A DNA stretch of 64,000 nucleotides. Origin: Asterias rubens. Lineage: Eukaryota. This document shows positions 1-13,552 of the stretch, one piece after another (within the stretch, counting starts at the first letter, position 1; every line of letters starts with the position of its first letter). Both the position numbers and the translations under genes were made by a program. A model generated the notes under the pieces. The model had not been told where the DNA came from and ran no database searches. It worked only from the letters and a program-made list of their open reading frames with translations. The DNA lies in assembly GCF_902459465.1 (NCBI RefSeq), contig NC_047072.1, positions 3,410,001 to 3,474,000 on the forward strand. Direction: 5' to 3'.

Positions 1-986
1 CTTTAGACGATGTGACCTCTGACGTCACACGAAAACCATAACATGATTCGCGCGCATACCGCCGGGCAAAACCTTTGTGTTTTGGCAGCCAGCTAGAAAG
101 TGTACGCAATCTTACAGTGACTACGCAACTCTTTGCCCGGCGAAGCATGACGTATATAGTGTTTGGTCAACAGAGGGCGGTTTTGAATGTAAACATAGGT
201 CACATCGTCTACAGGTTTTAACAAATAGATTTTTTCCTGCAAGTATGTTGAAGTATAAGATTTACTCCTTTTACAAAGCACATATGCTGCCAATCGAGTT
301 AATGTATAGATTTGGTTCCAGGCCTGTGATCGTGGTTTTTAGTTAGTCTACCCGATAGCCTACACGTTATTGCCTGAAATAGCGCCCTCTTGCAGTTAAC
401 CTCCGTCATTAGCCTACGATCACAGATTGGGACACTAATCAATGGTTTGTACACACCCTTTGGCGAATTAGCTCATAGGTGGACGGAACACTCTGATTGG
501 TCAGAATCTCCGATGCCTTCATTAAAATGCACATTTAAACTTAAAAGTTTATTCCCTGGGAAATAACACAGAATTACAACATTGCTGCACGTGTAACATC
601 TGCTTGAAAACACACACAAACCAGGTGATTCTATAGCTTTTTTCATTCTAAAATACGTAAAAAATGTTGGGAAACTCTTTACACGGTTCGATTCAAATCA
701 AAGTTATCACTTTCGTCAAGTTACGATCAGGTTGTTTGTCATGTTTATTTTTCAACATTTTGGTATTAGATCATGTGTTATATTATGCATTAATTGGTAT
801 TCCGTATAACCAAAGAGGGTCAAGTCTGAGCAAAGTTGGGGCGTGTGATTAGCAAATCTGCATGGCTGATGCATAAAAATGACCTCAGTCTCAGATTCGA
901 AATCAAGTCTAGTTATAGAACTGAAGCATGCGTTTCTGCATTTTGCAAACTATTTACTTGAGCGGTTTTAAATGGTTTTTTTTTTT

Positions 987-1017
<31 letters not shown>

Positions 1018-1738
1018 GTTGTTGTTGTTTTTTGGTGTTTTTTTTTTTGGGGGGGGGGGCACTTGTTAAGCCACTGCAGACCCTACCCATTATCAGTAAA
1101 ATGAACGAGAGAATAAGTCAGCAGGAAAAACAATGTTTATTGGATGCATTATTTACAAATAAGGGTGCACTAGAGAAGTCCTAGTTTTGGCGAGAACTGT
1201 TTTTATGAAACCCAAAGTGTGGCGCTGATTAGATATACGTCAGTTCAGCCATAAGTAGGTGTAATTTTCCGATAAAGCAACTTTTGACCTCAACTATCAA
1301 ATAAAATTTACAGATTAAATAAAAACATGTTGTAGATATATGACAAGCCACTTGACCTCTTGCTTGAAGTACCACTCAGTGAGGGTCCATTTACTGTATA
1401 CATTTAGTTGGTAAGTGCAACTATAGCTTGGGAAAAAGACTTCGTTTTTGTCTAAGCCAAGCTGGTTTAAATGAATCCGAAAAAATGTTTTATTTAGATT
1501 TGAATGCACGGGGAAACTCTATATACATAAGTTTAGTGTGACAGTAGGATGTTTCACTTTGTCAACATTTAATGAATTGAAAAAAGGTATTTGTTTAGAG
1601 CACTGTTTTGATTATTATCTGTGAGAAATTTAGGGGGGTCTAGAACAGGTTTGTTTCAAATGGAAGTTTCGATCTGGTGGTCCCCATGAGAAACGTTTTG
1701 AATACTGAAGTTTGCGTTAAGTTGCCTTTGTTACTCAC

Positions 1739-2182
1739 CTCGCTTATGATAGTAGTCTTATACTGCGTAGTGTCAAACACCCAACCATTGGAGCAGTCTA
1801 TAATTTTGTTGGTATAGTCAGTTGCATTCATTCCATGTTTGAATTCTAGCTTCCGTACATCGTACATGTGACACCTATCGTAGTCTTTCTCCCCTGTCTC
1901 CTTGTTGGTCACAATGAGCGGGATAGACGCGTTCCTCTTTGCTTTAAGACACTCCCAGTCATCGAACTGACCGGTCGTGCAATTGGCCTTATCCCAGTGG
2001 GCCACCCGACACCAGTGGTCAGTATCTGCGGCCATAAAGACCTGTGCCAGGGTGTTCATTGCTGTCATTACGCCTATTAGAGACCCAAAGAAGAAAAGCA
2101 TCTTCTGCCATGTTCCAAACTCACCTATAGCCGAAAGGATATCATCGAATTTCTTTGGTGGCTTAACTTCGTTATCCGTCAT
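1739..2182 (-). CDS. SLC22/Orct-like organic cation transporter, copy 1, coding exon 1 (rest of gene lies off the left edge or was not detected)
   Basis: MTDNEVKPPKKFDDILSAIGEFGTWQK...QVFMAADTDHWC...FDTTQYKTTIISE has the SLC22 N-terminal FDDIL..GEFG.WQ motif, TM1 and Cys-rich loop; 444 bp ending at a GAG|GTGAGT donor. Confidence 0.9.
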
Positions 2183-2646
2183 TTCGAAGCTGGTTTCCCC
2201 CTTTTCCTCCCACAAGAATATTGAACTGTAAACTAGAAACTGGGTGAGCGCATGAGTTCGTCAAAAATAAACGTTGGACCTTGTATCTTCACCACATGGA
2301 CCTGTACAGGACTCTGATCAGGTTGGATTGTTTTTGCATTCGAAGCTGCTAAATTATATCCAAGAAAACTTTAGTTGGTTACTATCTATGTTCATAAACC
2401 AATCGCTCGGAGGTGTGTTTCAGAGCGTATCTTTGAAGGACTGATCAAATCAAACAAATTATAGAACTGCAATCGGCGATAGCTGAACCGACCAAGAAGC
2501 AGTAGGTCAAATCAGACCACTTTGCCGAGCTGTAATGCTGATTCAAATCATAATATTTGTAATGTGTATGTATTGGGTCAAACGTGTTTGAAGTGGCTAT
2601 ATTTGGTGGAACTATCTTCGCAAAATATTACAAACAAATTAATTAA

Positions 2647-2997
2647 AGGCAGTGAACACTATTGGCAATAACTCAAAATAATTATTAGCATAAAGCCTTA
2701 TTTGCACGAGTTTAAAACATTGTGTGAAACGGCACTCTCTGAAGTAACGTAGTTTTCGAAAAAGAAATACTTCTCCACGAATATGATTTCGAGACCTCTG
2801 AATTATAGATTTTGAGTTGCCGAAATCAAGCATCTGAAAGCACGCAACTAATAGTGTGACAGGGCTGTTTATTATCTCGCAACTCATCGACGACCAATTG
2901 AGCTCAAATTTTCACAGGTTTGTTATTTTATGCATTTGTTGAGATACACCAACTGTGCAGACTAGTCTTTGACAATTACCAATAGTGTCAATTGTCT
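2647..2997. mobile_element. Kolobok-type MITE (AGGCAGTGAACACTATTGG...CCAATAGTGTCAATTGTCT)
   Basis: Terminal inverted repeats, TTAA on the left; same family as 32703-33086. Confidence 0.7.
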
Positions 2998-3519
2998 TTG
3001 ATCGATCGGTTTAATCTATAAAGCGTTCATAATGAATAAGGTTGTTTGCAAAATGATGCCCCTATATTCTTCCCGTTGTCGTTGAAACAAACTCGTCATG
3101 TAAACAAGTGGCAACACATTTGTCCTGTTTTTCTGCCTGGTCTTTAATCGTTTTATTGTTGCTAGAATCAGCGAGATTTTTGTGACAGAAATCCCAATGC
3201 AAATAAGATTGCCACCAACATTCCATATCCATTTTAAGAACTCAGTCAAGATTCATTAAAACTCCTTGTTTGAAAATGCTATTTGCCATTGGTGAGGGTG
3301 TGTAGCTACATGGCCATTGATGAAATTGGATCATTTTGTACACTGTTATTCTGCTGTGTGAAAAAACATTGTGTAAAATCTTTTTTAAACAACTTGTGTA
3401 ATTTGTACACAACGTTGTGAACCCATTTCCAAGTTGTGTACAATGCTAGTTGTGTAATGTAAGTTAAATAAATTATTATAAATCGATAAATCCTCCAAAA
3501 CTGAATTTACACAACTATA

Positions 3520-3785
3520 GACCTTTCTTTTGACACGTCACGAGTCACGTGACAAAACAACTCCGCCATCTTGGTTGGCAAAAGTGTGTTTACTTGTGTG
3601 TAAATGTATACAGATACGAACTTTACAGTCAAATAATCATGGTTCTTAGCCGCTGTTGCTGCAAAAATTGGTTCGGATCAAAAGAAGGGTTAAAGTTCTT
3701 TTGCTTCCCTGAAGTTGACAAGTTTCAGGATCAAAATAAAGCGTGGATAGATGCCGAAACACGTCCGCCAGCGCAACAGGCATAG
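3520..3785 (+). pseudogene. DNA-transposon left end with THAP-domain-like remnant
   Basis: ATG at 3639: MVLSRCCCKNWFGSKEGLKFFCFPE...AWIDA resembles the THAP N-terminus (C..C, FF.FP, W); preceded by TAGACCT...GTCACGTGAC...GCCATCTTGG; stops after ~48 codons. Confidence 0.45.
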
Positions 3786-5124
3786 AATAGATTGGCAACC
3801 TTCTTCACGACATGATCATGATGATGACCGGATATGCATGCATCCATGCATGGTGTGACCACTTTGTGTCTGGAAAATCATTCATTATTTCCGTGTTATT
3901 GTTAGCAAGTACAGACTCTAATCTTTATGTTGTTAGTTAGCGTTTTCCTCGATGGTTGGATTATTCATATTGGAAACAATGTCACATAGAACTGCCAGTT
4001 TTCTCAAAATAGTAAATTTGAGACATCACATATTTTCTTCCTGTTCCATCTACCTCCCAAAAACGGTTTAGAGAATTATATAGAGAATAGTGCATTTTTT
4101 CTTTCATTTTCACACACAGTCCCACAACACGAGTATCACACATTTTCATGTATCCACATTTTGCTCGCAAAGTATAAAGAAGGGTTACCGTCACTTGCCA
4201 ATGAACTGATCGTTTTAAAAGTCAGAATGGAAGGGGCCTACTTTATTTAACGTTTAGTTTTTACATGTTCAAAATTTTGTTCAGGTAATTAATTACGGAA
4301 GGAATTAGGCTAGTTTAGTTATCGGTTGGTTCTACACCTGGTGGAAACAATGAACAAAGGGTCTAAATTCCTTAGGTTATTATTCCTACACTTCCATTAT
4401 AATAATTAATTTATAGGTATGTATGGAATAAGACTTTTTTTCTGTATACTACTTTGAGGCTTTACTACAGAGGTTATCACAACCTTTTATTTTGTTTTCT
4501 TCTTTAATTTGTTATATACAGCAATGGAGTAATACCAGGAACAATAACACAAGAGCCCTCTAAGGAGAAACTAGACAGGAAAGCTTCATCACCACCATTA
4601 TTTAGTCAGCCTGTTAAAGATACATTGTAATAACCCGAACCCATGTCCGCCTTGTGACCAGGAGAACGGAGACCAGACAACTCGTCCGCCGGACAACTCG
4701 TCCGTTCGGACAACTCGATGGTTCAGACAACTCCACGGTTCGGACAACTCGACGGATGATTTATTCAACCATCGGCCAACTCGACTTGGGGTCAAGACAA
4801 GTCGATGGATGGCCTAGTCGGGAGAAGGAGGCTTACGATGAGATCGAGTGCTTCTAAAATATGTAGTTTGTGGATAAAAAACATGTCGTCTTGCTTGAAT
4901 CCATTGATCACATGGCCTAACAGACACACAGCAAGAAGATATCTTCCAAAAGCTTTCAAGAAATAAATTAAATTGAGGAAAGCTACAGTAATAATCAACT
5001 GTTTTGAATTGTTTACACAACACACATCAGATCTCAAACTTCGAGCACAAACAGACAGCTACTCTACATCACAACACTTGTTAAATAGAATTATGTGGGT
5101 AAAGAGGAAACAAGGTTTAAATAG

Positions 5125-5453
5125 ACTAGCTCTGGTGCTTCTGTTCAGCAGTGTGGGTTCGAATCCTTGTCGTGACACTTGTTTCCCTGAGCAAGACACT
5201 TAACTTTAATTGCTTCTCTCCACCTAGGGTAAATCGATACCTGTGATGGCAGAGATGGTTCTTGTGATTGATTTAGCCGAGTAGCACATACAATTATTTG
5301 TTATTGTTTCACATGCTGTATACTTCTCATGGAGCTGAGATGGTTTGAGAACTGAATTAATGCACAGTGATGACCAGGGGAATAATGTTGGAAGTGCTTT
5401 GAGACGCCCTATGGGTGTGAAAAGCACTCCATAAAAACTGGTTATTACTATTA
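5125..5453 (+). mobile_element. tRNA-derived SINE
   Basis: B-box-like GGTTCGAATCC, followed by a CCCTGAGCAAGACACTTAAC core, ending in a TTA/CTA-rich tail. Confidence 0.6.
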
Positions 5454-5836
5454 TGGGTTGATGCAGGTTTGATTTTGATATTCAGCTGCAGCTACAACAC
5501 AATAAATCAAATATTTGTGGATTTCAATTTGTTTCTATGATGTCTAAAAAGGCCCTACAGTAATTGATAATGCATGCACATTCACAAACCAAATCAAATC
5601 AGGATACAAACACGGTTGTATTCGTTTTAAATTATTTATTCATATTATCCAAATATATTTATTATAAATTACTTATATGTAAAATATAATTTGTTAAAAT
5701 TATACATATTTAGACTTCAAGATTAAAGGTGGAATAAATTATCTTTGTTAAAAAATATGTGCAAGTAATACACTAATAAATTTGTTTTTAAAGATGCATT
5801 GCCATAGTTTGGTCAAAATTTAAGGTCACAAATTAA

Positions 5837-6036
5837 AGGGGCTATCTCATCTGTCCTGCGGCTGTGCATGGAAATATTAACTGATGAACCCACCACATGA
5901 CAACCTACATCCCAGGCATGGACATGCCCTTCCAGGATGTAGATGCGAGGGTGCCCAGGGTGTAGGTCACCGAGTGGTGGGTTCATCATTAGTTTATAGT
6001 TCCATGCACAACTGCAGGACAGGCGAGATAGCCCCT
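5837..6036. mobile_element. MITE with ~60-bp imperfect TIRs (AGGGGCTATCTC...GAGATAGCCCCT)
   Basis: Inverted ends visible; TTAA on the left side only. Confidence 0.55.
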
Positions 6037-7003
6037 CTCAATGTGGTACATTGCTATTTGGTATGGGTAGGAAAAGTTATCAACTTTCATATGATACATT
6101 GATCATTGAATGGTTCTTCGCCATCAAAATTTAATACGAAATTGCTTGTTACCAAGTTAGTTTTATGCTAACAATTAGTTTGAGTAACTACCAATAGTGT
6201 CCAGTGCCTTTAACCTCTCTGAGGAACAAATGTATTTAAAACACAATGTCCACAAATTTACATTACACTTCCACAGTTTGAAGATAATGATAGTAGAAAG
6301 CCTCCCTTCAAATATTACTTACTGAGGTGCTGTAGTTTTTGAGAAATGAGTAGAACAATGTCACAAAAATAATTTTGAAAAATAATTTTGAAAAATAATT
6401 TTGAAAAAGTACTCGAATCCTAACAAAATTAAGATCTTTGACAGTACATGGTTCGAGCCCTGTTCCTTTGAGAAAATCTTGGTTCCATATGGATGCTTTC
6501 TCAGTGCAGGCCTGGGTCGTATACTCCAGCCGATTTGCTGCCTCCAACTTGAACAGTATTGCTGCAATATAGACTACACGCTTCTCCAAGGCTGATTAAA
6601 AAGCAAAAAGAAAAAGCAGGACTTGTTATTAATTTGGTAGCATATAGGTTACGTGCCCAAATCTACATCTATTGACAACTCTCAACCTAGGAAACAAGAC
6701 CGCCCCGAAAAATGTACCTTCAACAAAGGCGCCCCCTGGCAAGCTCGCCCCTAGCATTGTCGACCCCCGGCAAAGTCGCCCCCTGCCTTGGATTAACTGT
6801 AAATTATTTCTCAAGTCGCCATGGTCACTGAAGCAAACTTAAAGCGTTTGTTTTTTTACAATGAAAACTCGGAAAGATCATGACTGGGAAGTGGTGTGAG
6901 TCAAATGGCTTAATACTAAAGGGTTCATGGATGAAAAGCGTTATTTTGATTACACACATTATTTTCATTCATAGATGAAATTGAAAATAAATAATTGTGA
7001 ATA

Positions 7004-7532
7004 CGGATTACTCCTAGAACTATTTCGGTTTCATCTGCTATCGTCTCTAGTAACGGGAGATGATAGCAGACGAAACCGCAATATGGGAGACGATTGCAGA
7101 CGAAACCGCAATATGGGAGACGATTGCAGACGAAACCGCAATAGTTCTAGGATATGGAACGCCAAAGAGGCATTTAATAATCGGTGATGGTCTTTCGGAA
7201 CCGGTGATCAAATTTGTCGTCGGTGGTGGTCCGAGATGGTCGTTGGGAGATGATCTGTTTATATATTATTTATTGGGGTGACCTTGCCCGAGGATGACAT
7301 TTTCGTGGGCAAGTAAGCTAGATTACCATCATCCGGATTACTCCTAGAACTATTTCGGTTTTATCTGCTATCGTCTCTAGTAACGGGAGATGATAGCAGA
7401 CGAAACCGCAATATGGGAGACGATTGCAGACGAAACCGCAATAGTTCTAGGATATGGAACGCCAAAGAGGCATTTAATAATCGGTGATGGTCTTTCGGAA
7501 CCGGTGATCAAATTTGTCGTCGGTGGTGGTCC
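7004..7532. repeat. Tandem duplication of a small MITE plus the left end of the foldback element
   Basis: 7004-7232 is repeated at 7334-7532; the first copy has one extra 30-bp GGAGACGATTGCAGACGAAACCGCAATATG unit. Confidence 0.85.
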
Positions 7533-10500
7533 TATGCGATCGGTGATCAACTTTAGCAATCGGTGATAAAACGATCGGTGGTCCATTTTAGCGATCGGTC
7601 ATGCATATTCATGATCGGTGATGGTATTAGCGATCGGTCATGCATATTCACGACCGGTGATGGCTTTTTGCAATCGGTGGTCAACTTTAGTGATCGGTGA
7701 TGGCTTTTTGCAATCGGTCAACTTTAGGGATCGGTGATGGCTTTTTGCAATCGGTCAACTTTAGGGATCGGTGATGGCTTTTTGCAATCGGTCAACTTTA
7801 GGGATTGGTGCTGGCTTTTTGCAATCGGTGAACTTTAGGGATCGGTGCTTGCTTTTTGCAATCGGTCAACTTTAGGGATCGGTGCTGGCTTTTTGCAATC
7901 GGTCAACTTTAGTGATCGGTGGTGGCTTTTTACAATCGGTCAACTTTTGCAACCGGTGATGAAATTTTGGATATTCGAATTTTGCGTCCGGTCGGTGCAG
8001 GCTTCTTCAAAATCAATGATTGTGTAGATTGTTGTTATTTTGTAGTTCACACCACCATGGATGAATAAATTACACTCACCAGCGGGTTGAGTGACTTGCC
8101 AAACATTTTTAGAAGAGTACCATTTTATAACTATAAGGGGGAACGCAACAAACATCAAATTAATTAGCTCTTTCTAAAGAAAACAATAATAATAACAAAG
8201 GGGTAGGAGAGGGTGTGCAAGCGGATATATGTTCCACAATTGGGTGTCGTCTTCCGGAAATGGTGTATGCCGGGGAAATACAAATATTTATATTCAGTGA
8301 AAGGAAATGTTTTTGAACAAGAGTCTTTACCGATAGTTTTGTGTGTAAGGGGAAATCTGAAATCATACAAGTAGCCCCGTGTAAACAGACCCGGAGGAGA
8401 GAACATTATGACCACACAAAAACCGTTTTTGATGGAAAAAAGCATAATGTTTATGTGCATCATATGAATGTTTTGGGGGACAACTTGAGTGACTGGTCTC
8501 ACTTCATTGATCATCTTCTAGAATTTGGAAATCTCCAGTTCAAATATTCATACAAAAACTAGTGATTTTCTTTTCCAAACTCAATCTGTAAATCTACCGT
8601 ATCTAAAGTTTCAACTTCTCCTCTGAACAAAGCTAACTTTTCCTTTGAACAAAGGGGCAAAATTTCATTCCCTGAACTATATGCACACAAAGACACACCA
8701 ACCAAGAAGTATGGCAAAACAAAAGCGAATATGTGAGAAATCTGAGTAGGGTCACTTGTCAAACAAAATGAGAGTATTTTGTCATAATTTCATAGAGCAA
8801 TCATGAAATTCAGAAAAGTTATCGGTACAGACTCGTATTAGTTGTTCAAAAAACGTTTTAAAATATTTGTATTCCCACACCATTTCTGGAAGACGGCAAC
8901 CAATTGGGACATGGATCCCCTTCCGCACCCTCTCCTACCCCGTTGTTATTTTACTTTTTAGAAAGAGCTAGCTAATTTGATGTTTGTTGCGTCCCCCTGA
9001 CATAGTTATACAATGGGACTCTTCTATGAATGTATGGCAAGTCAGTCAAACAGACTGGTGAGTGGCGTAATCTGCAAGCATAGGTTTTGAAATAGGCTTG
9101 CACCGGACGCAAAATATCATCACCGATTATTATTTGCCTCTTTGGCGTGGCGCCAACGCCAAAGAGGCAAATAATCATCGGTGATACTTGGCGTAAAATG
9201 TGTCACTGACCTCATTACTATAATAAGGGAAGAGTTCCCACGGTCAACTCATGATCATATTGCCCGCGAAAGACGAGACATGTTTACATCACACCACCAC
9301 CACGGACGCTCAGTGAGCATGATAGGGTCCAAAGGTTGTGATAAGAGAAGTGCGTGATTGGACGTCAAAATGAATTATTCATTTGCTTCACATCCTGTGT
9401 TGTCTGATAGGTCTGACGAAAGATATACATATTCATGAGCTGCACACTAGCATATCAGAGAGCCCCCCCCCATTTTGTTTCCAATGTTAGAATTTTTTTA
9501 TGAAACACATTAAACCCGGATGTTACAGACCCGACAAGGCTGTCGGCCAGACGGCCTCCGCATGCGGTTAGTGGTACGAGTGCGTAAAGGACCAACTAAT
9601 TCCAGCTAAATTGCAAGCTTCAACCGAAGAAAACACAATCAACAAAATGGAAGCACAGAACTTGCAAATCCTGCTTGACCTATCAACAGAAACTAGAGTT
9701 GGGTACACACAACTAAAACTAAACCAGTGCTTGGACCTAGATGAGACTACGAATACCAATAACAAACGAAAAATACCTGTCTTGCTGGATCCTCTTTGTC
9801 CAAATAAACCAGTCTCTCCTTGTTGCAAAACTTTCATTAGCAAAAAAAATGGTGACTGATGAAGTGCAGCTTATATAAAGCACTGAAAATTATGTTCTTG
9901 AGCCATCCATTAAAGGTATTTAATGGCTCGACATTATTATCGCCGGATAAAAGTTTTTTTTTAGTGATTTTTTCAACCTCTTCCAGACTCCAATTCTCCT
10001 ATTCCAGGCCCCCACTCTTTTTTCAGTGTAGATGCATTTAAAATCAAGGTCTGTTCTAATTTTCTAACCATTGCTTTGTCTATTTGGAAAACCACAAATC
10101 AATATACAGTCAGATACCACACCGATTATAACATGTGTTTTCCTTTTCAAAACCCCTCCACCCGCCTGACAACGGATTTGGTTTAGAATTTCTCGCTCCT
10201 GTATTATTTCCGCTTAAGTACTTTATAACACCTGTTCCGCTTGCGCCCCCCCCCCCCCCCCCTAAATTAAGAACTTTATACAGTACGTTTTTCGCTTTGG
10301 CTTAAATTAATACATGCCTCGATCTCCGTTTATTAAAAGGAAATATTTGTATAATACTTTACCTTGCCTTTTATGAAACGTGTTGAGTGCGTCCCGGTTT
10401 TACTATTATCTGTACGTGCTTGTTCTAAAAAAAAAAACAATTCATGATGCACATAATGTTTTTGCCATCAAAAACGGTTTTTGTGCGGTCATAATGTTCT

Positions 10501-11389
10501 CACATCCGGGTCTGTTTACACAGGGCTACTTGTATGATTTCAGATTTTCCCTTACACACAAAACTATCGGTAAAGACTCTTGTTCAAAAACATTTCCCTT
10601 CACTGAATATAAATATTTGTATTTCCCCGGCATACACCATTTCCGGAAGACGACAACATTTTGGGACATAGATACCCTTCCACAACCTCTCCTACCCATT
10701 TGTTATTATTGTTATTTTTTTAGAAAGAGCTAATTATTTTGATGTTTGTTGCGTTCCCCCTTACATAGTTATAAAATGGTACTCTTCTAAAAATGTTTGG
10801 CACGTCAGTCAACCCGCTGGTGAGTGTAATTTATTCCTCCACGGTGGTGTGAACTAGAAAATAACAACAATTAATATCCACAATCTACACAATCATAGGT
10901 TTTGAAGTAGGCCTGCACCGACCGGAAGCAAAATTCGGATATCCCAAAATTCCATCACCGGTTGCTAAAGTTGACCGATTGCAAAAAGCCACCACCTATC
11001 CCTAAAATTGACCGATTGCAAAAAGCCATCACCGATCCCTAAAGTTGACCGATTGCAAAAAGCCATCACCGATCCCTAAAGTTGACCGATTGCAAAAAGC
11101 CACCACCGATCACTAAAGTTGACCGATTGCCAAAAGCCATCACCGATCACTAAAGTTGACCACCGATTGCAAAAAGCCATCACCGGTCGAGAATATGCAT
11201 GACCGATCGCTAATACCATCACCGATCATGAATATGCATGACCGATCGCTAAAATGGACCACCGATCGTGTTTTATCACCGATTGCTAAAGTTGATCACC
11301 GATCGCATAGGACCACCACCGATGACAAATTTGATCACCGTTTGCAAACGGCAATCACCGATGATTAAATGCCTCTTTGGCGTTCCATA
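7453..11389. mobile_element. Non-autonomous IS3EU-type foldback element with ~1-kb inverted arms
   Basis: Ends TATGGAACGCCAAAGAGGC...GCCTCTTTGGCGTTCCATA; 6-bp TSD CTAGGA at 7447-7452 and 11390-11395; arms ~7453-8510 and ~10400-11389 carry 37-bp tandem units. Confidence 0.8.
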
Positions 11390-13150
11390 CTAGGAGTACA
11401 TCCGGATATGGAGTGATTGTCCACAGTATGTATAGTTTGGCCGGTGGGGCGAGTTTGCTTGAGGAAACTTTTTTATTGTTCTTTTTATGAATGACAGCAT
11501 TGAAATAAATGTTACTGAATTGAATTACCAAAATATGTGATTGTGAACTGAACAAATTACCATTCCCCTGATCTATCAATTTGCAATTCAACTGCAATTA
11601 TGATTCATAATGAAAACCGCAATGGCTCTCGAATTTAACAAAAATAACAACGTACTAAGTAACAGTGGTCCGGTATAAATATGTGTAGATCCCTACGTAT
11701 TTTTCACGCTGTTCCCCAAAATAACAGAGATAGGCCCTATGCCTAGTTTGAAATTAAAAACAATTTAAATGAAAATACAAATTTCAAATGCCCGCTTGCC
11801 TCAGTTAAAAGTTTAATAAAGAACGTCAACAAGGTCAACGTGACAGAGAGGCTTACCCTGCCATGCATACACAAAGTTGCGCAGAACCACATATCCAGTT
11901 GTTTTAATCACAACCCAAGCACTCACAACTGTCATCGGCGCTGACTACTGAATCTGAAATTCTTCACGAAATGAACGATTCTATAGCGACTTGTTTGTAC
12001 TGTAGTATAAGTTGTAAGCCCAAAGTCTCCATGTACTGTCAGGCGACATTTTATAAAGTAACTTGCCAACCAGAAACTGCGCATGCGCTGGTTTCGCCCC
12101 AATGTTTGTAAACAAAAGAAAGGTCTATTGTGTAAACTTTGAAGCACGTGATCAGAAAGCAACCAATCACGAAGTACCTTTGCTTGGCAAACAATTTAAT
12201 GGACAAAACAAAATGGCTAACGTACTTTGCCGCTACTGTCGACAAAAGCAGTGAGGATTCGAAGATTTTGTTCATTGTGGCGGTAAGTAAATAACAATTC
12301 ACTGGTTTTAATGAAGAGTACCGTAATAAGGACCATTTTGTGTCAGTTGGCTTTCGGTAAATTAGCATAAAATTATAAGTTTTTACCTTGTCGTTGACAA
12401 CGCGAATACGCGGGTCGTAAAGGCCATTGTTACAACACTGCACACTGTTCACCGAAAATTTAGAGTTTGCATAAGATTTTTAACCCTCCGTAGTCAGATC
12501 ACTATTGGGCCCAAGAGAGACGTCAATGCATGAGAAGTTTGGTCATTCAATGCAGACACTTTTAGAAATAAGTTTGACAGTTTTAACGTTAGTTATTCAA
12601 GTCAGTTTTGCTGTATTTTCCGACTAGTTCTATCAATCATGTCTATTCCGTCAACTTGACCTATCTCCAACTAGCTCAGAGTACATGTACAACAAATATT
12701 GATTTGTATTCCCCCCGTGCACCACACACACAGACAACCCGCGTGTGTTTCGGAGTGCTCCATGGTCTCACATTCACAGCATTGTGTGAAGGCTTGAACA
12801 TTTTTCATGGACATTTTTTTGTATATATTTTCTGACGATTTGACATAGATTTTTCTTGCAAACTCTTTTTAGCTGAAAATAGTTTTTATTTGGGCTTTTA
12901 TTAGGGCTTGAAAATTGTTACTCGGTATGGAATTATTTGGTATGATGCAAGGAAATTTTAACTGCAAAACATTGCAGGGAATTTTGGACTCGTTCATTGT
13001 GAAAAAATGCAAACCAACTGGAAAAACAATATGCATTTTGGCTCAGCAAGTGGTGCTGGTGGGACTGAGCTAGTGGCCCCTCATGGGTTTTTTTGTAGTA
13101 GTAGGCCTACTCTCAGCTACTTGATTGTGTGTTAAGTTCATCCAGACTAT

Positions 13151-13552
13151 TGTAACGAACTGAAACTGTGCGCCCCGCCGGTGCGTTGGAGTGGCCCCGC
13201 CGGATCTTGGAGGACAACGCTCCCACGGCAGCTGGCTTGAACTTTTGGTGAACTGTTCTGTGATTGGACGAACTATCGATGATGTATAACATTGTATAAC
13301 ATAATTATAAGAGATTATCCAGGTGCGCGGACCGGATGCGTTGTTTTGGCGCCTTTTCTATACAATGTATTGTGTATGATTAAGATGTGTGGACAGACCA
13401 AATGTTGAGTTCAGTGAGTGAGCATGGAATCAGTTGTTCTTCTCGAAGTATTAAATAAATCAGTGCGTTTCATATTGAACGGAATTTGAGTTCGTTTGTT
13501 TTCTGTCTGCGTTTGGCTACAGAGCAAACAAGGACCCTGGCAGTACGTTACA
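13151..13552 (+). mobile_element. Solo LTR (Gypsy-like)
   Basis: TGTAACG...CGTTACA termini, 4-bp TSD CTAT on both sides, internal AATAAA; 402 bp. Confidence 0.85.

Noticed and set aside
972-1060. Poly-T/poly-G tracts and the MVFFFF..GGGG ORF
   Set aside because: Low-complexity homopolymers of unreliable length; no coding signal
1640-1738. ORF-track extensions of the SLC22 exon 1 copies (also 34066-34290 and 55534-55593)
   Set aside because: Read-through into intron 1 past a consensus GTGAGT donor
5150-5175. GGTTCGAATCC suggesting a tRNA gene (similar motif near 40075)
   Set aside because: No cloverleaf; it is followed by a SINE core and tail
7690-7950. 37-bp repeats as a possible CRISPR array
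   Set aside because: There are no spacers, and they are mirrored at ~10960-11190 as part of transposon arms
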